Below, piece after piece: positions 10,059 through 19,940 of a stretch of 64,000 bases of DNA. Below the pieces are notes generated by a model that had not been told where the DNA came from, did no database searches, and was given only the letters and a program-made list of their open reading frames with translations. Position numbers and translations under genes: made by a program. Origin of the DNA: an uncultured Nitrospiraceae bacterium (GTDB taxonomy: Bacteria > Nitrospirota > Nitrospiria > Nitrospirales > Nitrospiraceae); NCBI GenBank assembly GCA_963730935.1, contig CAVSTP010000004.1, positions 416,001 to 480,000 of the forward strand. The letters run 5' to 3'. The first letter of the stretch is position 1, and the number at the start of each line of letters is the position of its first letter.

Positions 10059-10493
10059 ATGCGACATGAGGAAGCCTGCCTTGGGATGTTCGTCAGGCTC
10101 CTTTCGGACTGGCACGGCATTCCCAAGGGCACGGTGGGAAGCATCGACACGGTGGAGACAGGGGTAGACGGTTCATGGTGTTTCACGATTTTTTGGGAAC
10201 TGCATCGCCCTTTGCGTTCAACGATGCCAGGCCGGACTCGGGCGCGCACCGGCCTCCAATCCGGATCCCTCGGCCTGCGACTATGGGAAGAGGATCTCCC
10301 GCGCTTCGAAGTTATTAGTCAGGAGCAGCGGGATGTGACCGCCCTGCACGTTGCGCCACCAGCCGACACGAGCCCCACGACAATGTGCTTGTTCAGCTCC
10401 CAGGCCGTGGACCAACTGACGTTACCATTTACTGACCGAGAACTCGTTGAAGAAGATCACCCACAACTGACCTTTGCCTTGGTTGGAGCGTGA
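10059..10493 (+). CDS. Hypothetical protein
   Basis: ORF directly after the REC gene with RBS GGAGG. Confidence 0.55.
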   Translation: MRHEEACLGMFVRLLSDWHGIPKGTVGSIDTVETGVDGSWCFTIFWELHRPLRSTMPGRTRARTGLQSGSLGLRLWEEDLPRFEVISQEQRDVTALHVAPPADTSPTTMCLFSSQAVDQLTLPFTDRELVEEDHPQLTFALVGA

Positions 10494-10669
10494 GATGGGG
10501 CGCTCGGAGAGCGAGGATCAGAGGCCATCCTTGGGAAGGGGTGTCTGCCATGTGACGGGTTGCCAGTCAGGCAAAGGCAGATACAGGGCCGGAAGAAAAA
10601 CAAAGACTAGTCGGGGATATTTGAAAACTCTCTGGTCTCACACAGATGAGTGTGCCTTGGCACATTCTC

Positions 10670-11002
10670 CTAGAACTCCCGCTGAGTCTTAATCCATTCA
10701 GTGCTAAAGATTAGGCGGCAACCGATTATATGACGGGACGAGCGTTTTTGCTGTGACCACCGAACTTCAAAAACCTCGGTTGTTGACTGCTCACCGGGCT
10801 GTTGCCATTGGACTTCGATGGTGTCACCCGCATGCAAGGGACCAGACATCTGGAGGAGTGCGCCATTTTCACTTCTATTCAACATTACCACCGGACCATC
10901 CTCAAAAGTAGTCCTATCTCCGTTAGTCAGACTTTTGAGGTATGTTCCATTCTGGCGAGATCTATGACGCATCTCGCTTCGCGATGAGAGTTGGGTGTTC
11001 AT
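10670..11002 (-). CDS. PilZ-domain protein
   Basis: RHRSR (RxxxR) and NRSENG (D/NxSxxG), EVRW, IGCRL. Confidence 0.7.
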   Translation of the reverse strand: MNTQLSSRSEMRHRSRQNGTYLKSLTNGDRTTFEDGPVVMLNRSENGALLQMSGPLHAGDTIEVQWQQPGEQSTTEVFEVRWSQQKRSSRHIIGCRLIFSTEWIKTQREF

Positions 11003-11513
11003 GATGTGTCTCCCGAACGGGGCATGCATACAAAAAAACAGCTCGCACAGATTGTGTGCGGATTCAGTCGGTACCTACAAGGCAGCAGTGGGGGGATCTG
11101 TCTGTGAGGGGCTCGATGTGTAACGGTGATGCTCTTCGGCTGGCATGGTACTTCCTGTCAATGCGACATGGTCCATAATGGGGCCACGCTAAGCCAGAAG
11201 GCACAACGCATCAATACCTCATTTGAGGGAGGAAGAAAGCCCCTAGGGTAATACTTGAAATGAGTTATAGATGCATCTCTACCGTTTTACGTAGAAGCGG
11301 GGGGCAATTGCCCGTATTGAAAGGATCGATGGGCCGAATGGATGTGTTACGCAGTCTTGTGGAGTCGCTGACACAACGTTAGAACGAGAAATGAACAAGG
11401 ACGGACGGATGTACACAACGGAATCATGGATAGGCGGGTGAATCCTTACTCACAGATCCATTCAAATCTCCTACACTAACGCCGCAATGCACCGCTAGCA
11501 CCCGTGCTCACCT

Positions 11514-11699
11514 TCACGAGCCTTTCCCTCTCGGCGGCAGATGGCCTTTACGTTCAAGCTCAGCGACATGGTCAAGCAGCAGTTGGACGACGTATTTTTG
11601 GATGCTTTGCCCTCCGCTTAAAGCAGCGGCAGCCTTCAATTTGTTCACGAGATCAGCGGGGACATTTCGTAGATACACAACCTTAGGTTTAGTAGCCAT
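11514..11699 (-). CDS. Small Arc/RHH-like DNA-binding protein
   Basis: VYLRNVP.DL..KLKAAAAL.G.SIQ.YV..LL pattern. Confidence 0.65.
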   Translation of the reverse strand: MATKPKVVYLRNVPADLVNKLKAAAALSGGQSIQKYVVQLLLDHVAELERKGHLPPRGKGS

Positions 11700-11836
11700 G
11701 GGGCGGTGATGTTACCGCAACCACTTCGGCCGACACAAGCTCACTTTACCTGCTCACTAGGAAAGACTATACTATGCTAGCACCTGTCGCATTGCTGGCA
11801 TCTCTGGTAGGCCTGCCAGATAAAGCGGAGGATGAT

Positions 11837-12037
11837 ATGGCAAAGAGCATCAAACCGGACTTTCTAACAGAGGAGCGGCTCCTAGCGTGCCTGATGTTCC
11901 TGAGCAAACTGCGCAAGAGCGGCGTAACAAATATGTTCGAAATTCGGCTGAAACTGCGCCATGCATTCCCCGATCTCACGACGACTCAAGCTGCCGAAGT
12001 CCTTGCGTACTGGATGCACACGTTCGCCGCGGCATGA
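11837..12037 (+). CDS. Small hypothetical protein
   Basis: RBS GGAGGA before MAKSIKPD. Confidence 0.55.
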   Translation: MAKSIKPDFLTEERLLACLMFLSKLRKSGVTNMFEIRLKLRHAFPDLTTTQAAEVLAYWMHTFAAA

Positions 12038-12379
12038 CCGAGCAGCACTAAGACCCCAGTCCTCATAAACTCCCCCCTTATTAATGGTTAGGTTATTCAC
12101 AGGCATATTCGAGAAGGCGCCTAGGTAGGATGCGATAGGGCTAAATTGTGAATGCGTGTATATTTCCGAAGGCTCGCGCACCATTGCGACAGGGAGTCAT
12201 CTGCATGGTCGACTGCCGGTCGGGTGAAGCCGCATACATGGGCAGCCCAAAACTATATGCACAAAATGGCAGAGGAGGATGAGCATGTTTTAGGGTTGCG
12301 AAGACAGCGGACGCATGACTAGGATAACCGGGGTAGAAATCCTAGGCGGCTGCTTATTCGCTCCGTTCTTGGGCGGTCC

Positions 12380-12814
12380 ATGGAATCCGAAAGCCGGTCA
12401 AGCCGTTCATCCTTCGTTTGCCTTCTGACCTTGACAACAGCCATGTCAGCGGTGTGGATACCCGGCTGTGCAACTATCCCTGATCCTTCCTATCAAACGG
12501 ACTGGATTGAGATCGGCAAAACAACGAAGGCAGACGTGGTCGAGCGCTACGGGGATCCCCAGGTTGCTCAGAAGTTAGCGAAAGGGACAATTGTGACTTA
12601 TTTTCCCGTATGGAAACATCCTCCATCCCCACCCGCAATCCCAACAATCCGGACCATGCAACCTACCCCCGCTGGGTTCGGCGTGGCGATGACGAATCCG
12701 ATTGAGCATAGACTCCCTATAATGGACGTTGGCAGTGAAGCCCACGGACAGCCCAGGCAAGGGTTGAGTATCCGTTACGACGCGCAAGATATCGTGAGAG
12801 AAATCCTTGAGTAA
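12380..12814 (+). CDS. Putative lipoprotein (SmpA/OmlA-like N-terminal motif)
   Basis: IPGC lipobox; IGKTTK.DV...YG.P motif. Confidence 0.6.
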   Translation: MESESRSSRSSFVCLLTLTTAMSAVWIPGCATIPDPSYQTDWIEIGKTTKADVVERYGDPQVAQKLAKGTIVTYFPVWKHPPSPPAIPTIRTMQPTPAGFGVAMTNPIEHRLPIMDVGSEAHGQPRQGLSIRYDAQDIVREILE

Positions 12815-13099
12815 CAGCTAACTGTCGCGAGCGGACGTAGTGGCGCATCTCAGGGCTCACCAACTACTTCAACACCGCGTTGGTCCATAAGTGCAAAGGT
12901 AGTCTCAGCATAACGTATGACGCGGATCTTGGTGCCATAAGTCAAAGCGTATGCACCGGCGATATAACACCGTGGAGCCTGAGGAGCTCCAGAGAGCAGT
13001 TTCCCATCTTCAGCCTTATCAGGCTAAGACTCTACTACTGATAACACTGGACGCAGTGGCGTCAGGTGACGAAACTGTAAGTGCTCGTCTTCCCTCAAC

Positions 13100-13139
13100 G
13101 CGCCGTAGTTCAGTTGGATAGAGCATCGGCCTTCTAAGC
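13100..13139 (+). pseudogene. Second 5'-half copy of tRNA-Arg(UCU)
   Basis: Matches 15909-15949 with 1 deletion and 2 substitutions; ends just after the anticodon loop. Confidence 0.88.
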
Positions 13140-13473
13140 CAAATTCCGTCAAAAGGGATTTCAAACACTTACCGCCATCACGTGGGATTTCTGTACGTTT
13201 TTCTGGAGGACAGAAGACTCAGGCGAGGACAGAAGGGCACAGGATTCTCCGTCTTTTCACTATAGAATGACACATAGATTGGCACATCAGGAGTAGGACA
13301 TGGTTACACTAAGACTCAAAACAGCAGGCTTATCAATTCTTCAAGGAAAGTTGCGGATGAGATGACTGAACCAATGCAGTACGACCGATGTTCCATCGAG
13401 AGCATGGCAGCATTTTCACTCTTATATTCCTTTTCGATCCTCCGGGTGTTCCTGGCAAAGAGTGCAGCAGCGG

Positions 13474-13638
13474 ATGCCAGAGCATTGTGCACACACTAGA
13501 ACTCAACGCTTTGTTGAGCGAGAGCTTCGAAACGAGAAAAGTGCTGCACGATGGAGAGCATTCTTAAAGTTCTTCGTCACAGCTGTGTTCGTATCAGTGA
13601 CGGCCATTGCGGTTCAATTTTGGAGAGATCAGCCTTAG
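13474..13638 (+). CDS. Possible 54-aa single-TM protein
   Basis: MPEHC...WRAFLKFFVTAVFVSVTAIAVQFWRDQP; below the ORF-track size cutoff; weak RBS. Confidence 0.3.
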   Translation: MPEHCAHTRTQRFVERELRNEKSAARWRAFLKFFVTAVFVSVTAIAVQFWRDQP

Positions 13639-13793
13639 GAAGCTTCGTTTTGCACAAGCGTCTTAGGCCGCCTGCTCGTTACGGTTCCGCTCACTATCCT
13701 AGGCTTCAGTAATAAGGATGATGCAATCGATTCGCCGTAGCGCGCTAGACGAGCGCGGTACCCCATCGCAAGAATGGGCATTCGTTGATACCC

Positions 13794-15363
13794 TTACAGC
13801 CCGTCGAACACGTAGACGGCCCCGCTATTGGGAGCGTTGTTGTCGGCCTGAATGCCATTCACCCCAGTCGCATTACTATCTTCAAATACTGCTCCAACGG
13901 CCAGCGTATTGCCAGAAAGAGCGACACTTATCCCAAACTCATCTCCCGCGCCCGTGTTGGAGGCTTTCAGATAAGCTGTCTCCTCCCAAACCCCGGCAGT
14001 ACGCTTGAACACATAGACCGCGCCGCTGTCCGGTGCGCTATTGCTCACCTGATTACCATTGATCCCGGTCGAACCGCTGTCCTCGAGCCGTGCGCCAACA
14101 GCCACGATGTCTCCAGCAATGGTAATGGCTCCGGCGAAATTGTTACTATTTTCAGCGTGGGAGGCTTTGAGATAGGCTTGCTGAGACCAGACTCCCGCAG
14201 TACGCGTGAACACATAGGCAGCTCCCGAGTTGTTCACACTATTGTCGGCTTGATTGCCGTTGACCCCGCTCGAAGCACTGGATTCAAACCGCGCTCCGAC
14301 CACGACCGTATCACCGTCAAGATCGAGGCCCAGCCCAAACCTGTCGCCAGCATCGGTATTCGAGGCTTTGAGATAGGCCTGCTGAGTCCAGACCCCTCCG
14401 GTCCGCGTGAACACATACACCGCTCCGGCGAGCGGCGCACTATTGTCCGCCTCGTTGCCATTCACACCCGTTGCATTACTGGCCTCAAAGGGAGCTCCCA
14501 CCGCGAGCGTGTCGCCCGCGAGTGCAAGACCGTATCCGAACAAGCCCCCCGCGTTTGAGGCTTTGACATAGGCTTGCTGAGACCAGACCCCTGCGGTCCG
14601 CGTGAACACGTAGACGGCACCGCTGCCTGGCGCGTTATTGTTACTCCCATCATGATTGATGCAGCACGCTTCGCTGGCCTCGGCGATACGCTCCGACGGC
14701 TAACGTGTCGCCTTCCACGGCCACGCTGACGCCGAACTGGTCGCCCGCTTCAGTATTATGGCCTTTGAGGTAGGCCTGCTGCGACCACGCCCCTCCGGCC
14801 CGCGTGAACACATAGACGGCTCCGCTGTCTTGCGCGCTATTGTCGCTCTGACTGCCATTACTGTCCTCAAACTGAGCGCCCACCGCGATCGTGTCGCCTG
14901 AGATCGCCACGCTCACCCCGAACTGGTCGTTAGCGTCGGTATTCGAGGCCTTGAGATAGGCCTGCTGGCTCCAGACTCCCGCGGTCCGCGTGAACACATA
15001 GACGGCTCCGCTGTTTTGCGCGTTATTGTTCGCTTGGTCGCCATTCACCCCGGTCGCACTACTTCCCTCCTGCGGGGAGCCGACAACCAGCGTATCGCCG
15101 GAAAGTGCGACACTATACCCAAGGGTATCGTTAGCGCCGGTATTGGACGCTTTGAGATAGCCTTGTTGAATGAGCTGTGCCACGGGCGGTGGGGGTGGAG
15201 GTGGGGGTGGAGGTGTAGACGGCGGAGTGCTTCCCGGCGAAGTGCTTTCCGGCGGAGTGCTTGCGCTTCCATCCCCACCACCACTACACGCGCTAAGGAA
15301 CAGGCCTGCCAACAGCAATAGTGAGAGTGTTGAGGACAGTGGCCTTCTGGACAATCGCGTCAT
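13794..15363 (-). pseudogene. FG-GAP/integrin-alpha-like repeat lipoprotein, split by a 1-nt frameshift
   Basis: LSAC lipobox, Pro-rich linker, repeats YLKASNT..FG.SVA.SGDT.AVGA...SGAVYVF; ORFs 14650-15363 and 13794-14609 rejoin by removing one base near 14682. Confidence 0.85.
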
Positions 15364-15741
15364 TTCTAGCTCCTACGGTGAAAATTGCCTCATATCACTA
15401 CCTACCGCCTACCGCGCGTGCATCATATACTCTCAATGTCAGATTTTCCAAAACCATTAAGGGGGGGACCCCCATCTTTTGGATGTAGGTGAAGTATATT
15501 ACTTAAAAAAATACCGTGAAGCATTTGAACGGCTCGAAACGCGCATCCGACATCCCGAACCTTCGGTCATAATGGCTGATCATGGCGTGGATGCACCAAT
15601 TTCGCGCATCTTCCAGCGTGTCAAAAACCAACCCATCCAGGGGCTGATCGCTCCCTCTTGCCGTTTGGCAGCATCATCGTGTAGCCGAAGGCGACGTGCT
15701 TGATCCGCTTCCCGAAGGCATCCTTGGTTGTCCATTCACGC

Positions 15742-15897
15742 ATGACGCTTCGGTACGCACACCTAAGTCCCATGCACCTGCGCACGGCTGTAAAATCCTT
15801 GGATGGACCCACTCCTTTGTTTGACAAGAATGACCAATTGGCACATAAATTGGCACAAAGAGTAAAATCAGAGCATGCCTCTCAGCTAAACGATTGA
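15742..15897 (+). pseudogene. Tyrosine integrase C-terminal remnant
   Basis: MTLRYAHLSPMHLRTAVKSLD matches the catalytic-Tyr box; ends 11 nt before the tRNA. Confidence 0.7.
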
Positions 15898-15908
15898 TCT
15901 TCAAGCAT

Positions 15909-15985
<77 letters not shown>

Positions 15986-16351
15986 AGTTTTCCAAGGGGT
16001 TATCCGAAGGAAAAATGGAAAATAGTGAAGATGGTGCGCGGGTGGTGCGCATCCTCACAGTGTCAATAGCGCGTCAGTCGTCGATTTTCCATTCTCATTG
16101 CCTTATGCTACCCGGAGAAGAAACCGTGGTAACAGCAAGAGGGCTGTTTAAGCTTTTTAGCATTTCCTGAGACGGGTCTCGCACTTCTTCCTTCCTTTTC
16201 TCTCCCCGCAAATGTCCTTGACCCTCAGTTAAGCAGACTCAAGGGTCAGCGAGCCAAGACGTGGTGCGCGGGTGGGGCGTGGAGAGGGTGTGAGAGGATC
16301 TACTTTGTGGGCACCGGCTAAGCCAACGGTGTTGTGCCAGCGGAGCAGCGC

Positions 16352-17293
16352 TTAGAGGGAGGCCAGTTTTTTGCACATGTCTGCGATCTGGCGCTGCACA
16401 CTGGGACGCAGTTTGGTAAAGGCGAGCCCAAACTCGTGAGGACGACTCCACTGGACAGTGGCCTCCTCCACACTGAACGGGTTGCCTCCCTGCGGATAGA
16501 TCCAGCATTCGAGGGTGGTGCCAAGAGGTACTCCCGCAGGACTGGAAATGCGGCAGCCACACGGCGAGAGGTCTCGGAGTTGACCCTCACCGGCCACGAC
16601 CTGACTTTTCGAGGAAAACTGGCTCAAGAGCTGGACGGCCACACGACCATGACGGCGTTTCTCTCGGTGACCTCTCTCAGCCTGGACGGATCGATTCGCT
16701 GGGACTAGCGAATTGCCGCGCTTCAGAACGCTCTCTAGTTTTCCCCGAGCAGCCGTGCCCCAGCGAGGGATCTCGAGCGTCTCCGTGTACGACACGAGCC
16801 GCTGCAAAGTCTGACTCATCAGAGAAGCTAGCTGGGGCTTGAGTTGTTCCCAGATGTACACGACGTCTACTTCCTCACGAGACGCCTCTGGTGGGGGAGG
16901 GGCTTCCATTTCTAGTGGGCCCGCACTCAATTTTTGAATCCGAGTCTCGACGTCCTGGAAAGTCGGATCCTCGCGTCGAATCCGCCGATAGACGACCAAG
17001 GCCTCGAAGTCCCGATCGAGCGATTCTAACGTCTGGGCAAGCATATACAGGATGTGCACGCGTTCCTTGGTGGAAAAAGGCCCCGTCTCGAAGGCCTGAC
17101 GAAAGGCCGTGACCGCTTCCTCCGGACGATTCAGAGTCTTAAGGCAAAGCGCGACCTGCGCAAAGGCTTTCCCGGCCTGCTGCGGGTCCTTCGTCGCTTG
17201 CTGAAATTCCTTGAGCGCCGCGTCGAAGCTTTGGACTTTCTTCATGAGTAGCCCGCGCTCATAATGCTCGGCTCCGGGCGTGTCCTGTGCCAT
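16352..17293 (-). CDS. TPR + PilZ domain protein
   Basis: RBS GGAGGAGG; about 3 TPR-like repeats; RRHGR and DLSPCG motifs, VQWS...FGLAF. Confidence 0.85.
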   Translation of the reverse strand: MAQDTPGAEHYERGLLMKKVQSFDAALKEFQQATKDPQQAGKAFAQVALCLKTLNRPEEAVTAFRQAFETGPFSTKERVHILYMLAQTLESLDRDFEALVVYRRIRREDPTFQDVETRIQKLSAGPLEMEAPPPPEASREEVDVVYIWEQLKPQLASLMSQTLQRLVSYTETLEIPRWGTAARGKLESVLKRGNSLVPANRSVQAERGHREKRRHGRVAVQLLSQFSSKSQVVAGEGQLRDLSPCGCRISSPAGVPLGTTLECWIYPQGGNPFSVEEATVQWSRPHEFGLAFTKLRPSVQRQIADMCKKLASL

Positions 17294-17642
17294 ACGGACC
17301 TCCTCCAGGCTGGCGGTGTGACTCGGAGGAATAGGTGAGCAAGAATAACGCCGGTCTGACGCGCCCCGTGTGAGCCCGAAATCAATCAGTTCGCCATTCA
17401 CGCGCGCCGCGGAGGTGATGGCCAGGTCCAACACAACGCCCGGAAACGTACGCCAGGCGGGCGTCAGCGGGAATGTCTTTCCTGTCGGCGAGAGGGGGTG
17501 CCCTGACCCTCAGCTAACCGAGCAGAGGGGGCATCGAGGGAGAAAAACATGGTGCGTGGAGGGGGGTCAATGGGATCGATTTTGCCGCGTCCTGCACACC
17601 GAGGTCGTTGAACTTCTTACTCCCTCGAAATTTCGGATCGAA

Positions 17643-17687
17643 CTTCTAAGTTGAGGGTCGCTGGTTCGATTCCAGCCGGGCGCACCA
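17643..17687 (+). repeat. 3'-half copy of tRNA-Arg(UCU) (attR-like)
   Basis: Anticodon loop to CCA, 1 mismatch versus the intact tRNA. Confidence 0.92.
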
Positions 17688-17849
17688 CAAAATCAACGGC
17701 TTATCTCTCTCCTGCCTCTGCTACGAGCAACGCGCCACGATGCGCTGCCTCGATAGCTGTTGGTTTGACGATCCGATCCAGCTACCGATCCCGAACAAAC
17801 GGAGGCGCTGAATGGTCCGAAGCGGTTGGTCATCCAACAAACACGATCG

Positions 17850-17999
17850 TCAATGCAGTAGAGAGAGAAAGCGGACGCCGATCATGAACAGGGTGATGCC
17901 GCTGGCCACGATCAACAGGTTTAGGATGATGTCCCCGATGTACGGGAGTGCACTGGAAGGGAATGCGAGACGCACGCGATCCAATAACCAAGTTGTCAT
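17850..17999 (-). CDS. 49-aa small membrane protein
   Basis: MTTWLLDRVRLAFPSSALPYIGDIILNLLIVASGITLFMIGVRFLSLLH; GAGGG upstream. Confidence 0.45.
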   Translation of the reverse strand: MTTWLLDRVRLAFPSSALPYIGDIILNLLIVASGITLFMIGVRFLSLLH

Positions 18000-18229
18000 G
18001 AAATGGTCCCTCAATGTGAGAGCTAAGTCTGCATCAAAACCTAATCAAATGATATAGGTCTGAAGGGGGGTATTGTATGGACGAATGCCTAGTCCAGGTC
18101 AACATCGGCAATGCCTCCTCCTAGAGCCTGAAATTCCTCAATCTAGAGCGTTTCCTAGTCCTCTTCCTGACCTGCCTGCCCCCTCTCTATTACTGACACA
18201 ATTGCCCCTTACATCATTGAGGAACCTCT

Positions 18230-18691
18230 ATGGCTGGCTCCAAGACTACGACTGTCCTACTCATGGATCCCAACAAAGATGACCGGCAACATTGGAGGAA
18301 ACGACTCAAAAGCTCTTCTTCACACTATAAAGTTTTCGCGGCCAAGGACGCTGAAACGGGGCTAGCCGTCTGTCAATCTGAGCGAATCGACTGCGTCGTG
18401 ATGGAACTTCATCTTCCTGATATGTCGGGGTTTCAGGTACTTCTTCGTTTGAATCCAATCATATGCCGTTCTCTTCAAACTCCGGTCGTCGCACTATCTA
18501 ATTTCACGGACCCATCGATTGCCGAGGCGGCAAAACAACTTGGCGCACAATCGTACCTCATCAAATCTCAGGCATCCGGCGATGATCTACACCGAGCCAT
18601 CCAGACAGCAATTCTTAGAGTAGAGGAAACCCGCAAGGAAGTTTACAAGCTGAAGACCGAGACGCACTTTGCTGAGAAGTCTGCAGCCTAA
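18230..18691 (+). CDS. Atypical receiver-domain protein
   Basis: REC fold (VLLMD, DCVVMELHLPDMSG, YLIK) with Glu at the phospho-Asp position. Confidence 0.8.
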   Translation: MAGSKTTTVLLMDPNKDDRQHWRKRLKSSSSHYKVFAAKDAETGLAVCQSERIDCVVMELHLPDMSGFQVLLRLNPIICRSLQTPVVALSNFTDPSIAEAAKQLGAQSYLIKSQASGDDLHRAIQTAILRVEETRKEVYKLKTETHFAEKSAA

Positions 18692-18789
18692 ACCGCTGTC
18701 TAAATCAGTTCGCAGCGATCTTCGGTTCGGCTTTCCGTAGCCGACAGGCTCTCGGAAGTCTTAAGATGGAGTTCGCGCCGTGGAGGATC

Positions 18790-19176
18790 CTAAATCGCTG
18801 GATGAACGGCTTTAATCGCAGGGTACAGTTCTTCCAACGCCATTGATTTCAGATAGACCCCTACTGCCCCAGCTCGTTCCATCGCATCGGTGTTGTAATC
18901 ACCCGCATACTCTGACAAGCCGATAATTTTCACATGGGGATACTTGGCGCGAATCTCCCGAGCCGCAGCGATCCCATCTAATGCGGGCATGCGAATATCC
19001 ATCACCACAATGTCTGGTTGAAGTCTTTCCACGGCGGCAATGGCTTCTTCACCATTGGCTGCCTCGCCAACCAATTCCATATCGCGGTAGCTTGTGAGGA
19101 TATTCTTGAGAATCCGCCGGACCAAGGATTCATCATCTACGAGTAACACGCGTATAGGTGCTCGTGTAGATGTCAT
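18790..19176 (-). CDS. Stand-alone response regulator receiver
   Basis: VLLVDD, VGEAANG, MDIRMP.LDG, LS, K. Confidence 0.9.
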   Translation of the reverse strand: MTSTRAPIRVLLVDDESLVRRILKNILTSYRDMELVGEAANGEEAIAAVERLQPDIVVMDIRMPALDGIAAAREIRAKYPHVKIIGLSEYAGDYNTDAMERAGAVGVYLKSMALEELYPAIKAVHPAI

Positions 19177-19477
19177 AGTTCACCCCGATGTTAAGTGGGG
19201 GACCTCAGTCAAGGACAACATAACATGGCTGACCATTTTGTTTTACTAGCCAAACGCATAGGTGACGTGATCCTACAGCGTTGTAGCCGAACGTTACCAG
19301 GCTCGAAATGGCATCTATTTCGGAGACGGCATCGGGCATTCCGAAGGATCGCGGCCAAGCGGGACCAACAGTCCTACAGGACAATGCGAAGCCCTCACTG
19401 GATCAAGAACAAACGAAATTGCACGTTATGCTGTGGCCACGGGCGTGAGAAAACGAGAGGACGCCTGCACAACCAGG

Positions 19478-19693
19478 CTACGCCGCTTGGATTTTCTGGG
19501 CGAAGTAGTCGTAACACGCAGGGCAGAAGCTATGCGCCAGACGGCAGGTGGTGGGATCGAGCCCCGTTGCGTCTCGATAGTCTTTCTTGCTGAGCCAGCC
19601 CGCTTGCCATGTCTCTCGATCGTCATGCACCAGCCCACAGAGATGACGGATCAGAAGTACGTGGGCGTCCGTTCCGAGGTGAGAAGTGGACAT
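19478..19693 (-). CDS. Small Cys/His protein (possible zinc binder)
   Basis: HLCG...HSFCPAC; GAGG upstream. Confidence 0.55.
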   Translation of the reverse strand: MSTSHLGTDAHVLLIRHLCGLVHDDRETWQAGWLSKKDYRDATGLDPTTCRLAHSFCPACYDYFAQKIQAA

Positions 19694-19748
19694 ATAACTA
19701 ACCTCTAACTAACCTCACTCGATGCAATGAAAGTAGACGACCTTCTCA

Positions 19749-19940
19749 TCAAGCGGCGCTGGCCAACTTCGACCTGTCACCGGCGTACCATCGACAATCG
19801 CAGGCGTGACAGACGAGAAACTCGACGGATACGCCACTGTACACGTCGTTCTCAGTTTCGGGGGTGAGCATGCCGCCGCACATCCAGCATCGCGAGATCA
19901 AGTATCCCATGGGAGGATTTGTTTTGGCGCGAGTGTTCAT
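19749..19940 (-). CDS. Small zinc-ribbon protein
   Basis: CWMC...CHAC. Confidence 0.55.
   Translation of the reverse strand: MNTRAKTNPPMGYLISRCWMCGGMLTPETENDVYSGVSVEFLVCHACDCRWYAGDRSKLASAA

Larger units (their letters stand above)
8631..13139. mobile_element. Islet A between two tRNA-Arg 5' halves (no integrase)
   Basis: Bounded by tRNA 5'-half repeats; TAACACC repeats at 8803, 8814, 12965; IHF-like site 8687-8699. Confidence 0.6.

Noticed and set aside
13785..14558. 257-aa plus-strand ORF with apparent repeats
   Set aside because: Antisense shadow of the FG-GAP repeats
13794..15160. Regularly spaced DNA repeats (TTTGAGATAGGC..., GTGAACACATAGAC) as a CRISPR array
   Set aside because: They are coding repeats of the FG-GAP protein; no unique spacers and no cas genes
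15188..15215. GGTGGG-type simple repeat as a phase-variation tract or G-quadruplex
   Set aside because: Encodes the poly-Pro linker in frame; the frameshift lies elsewhere
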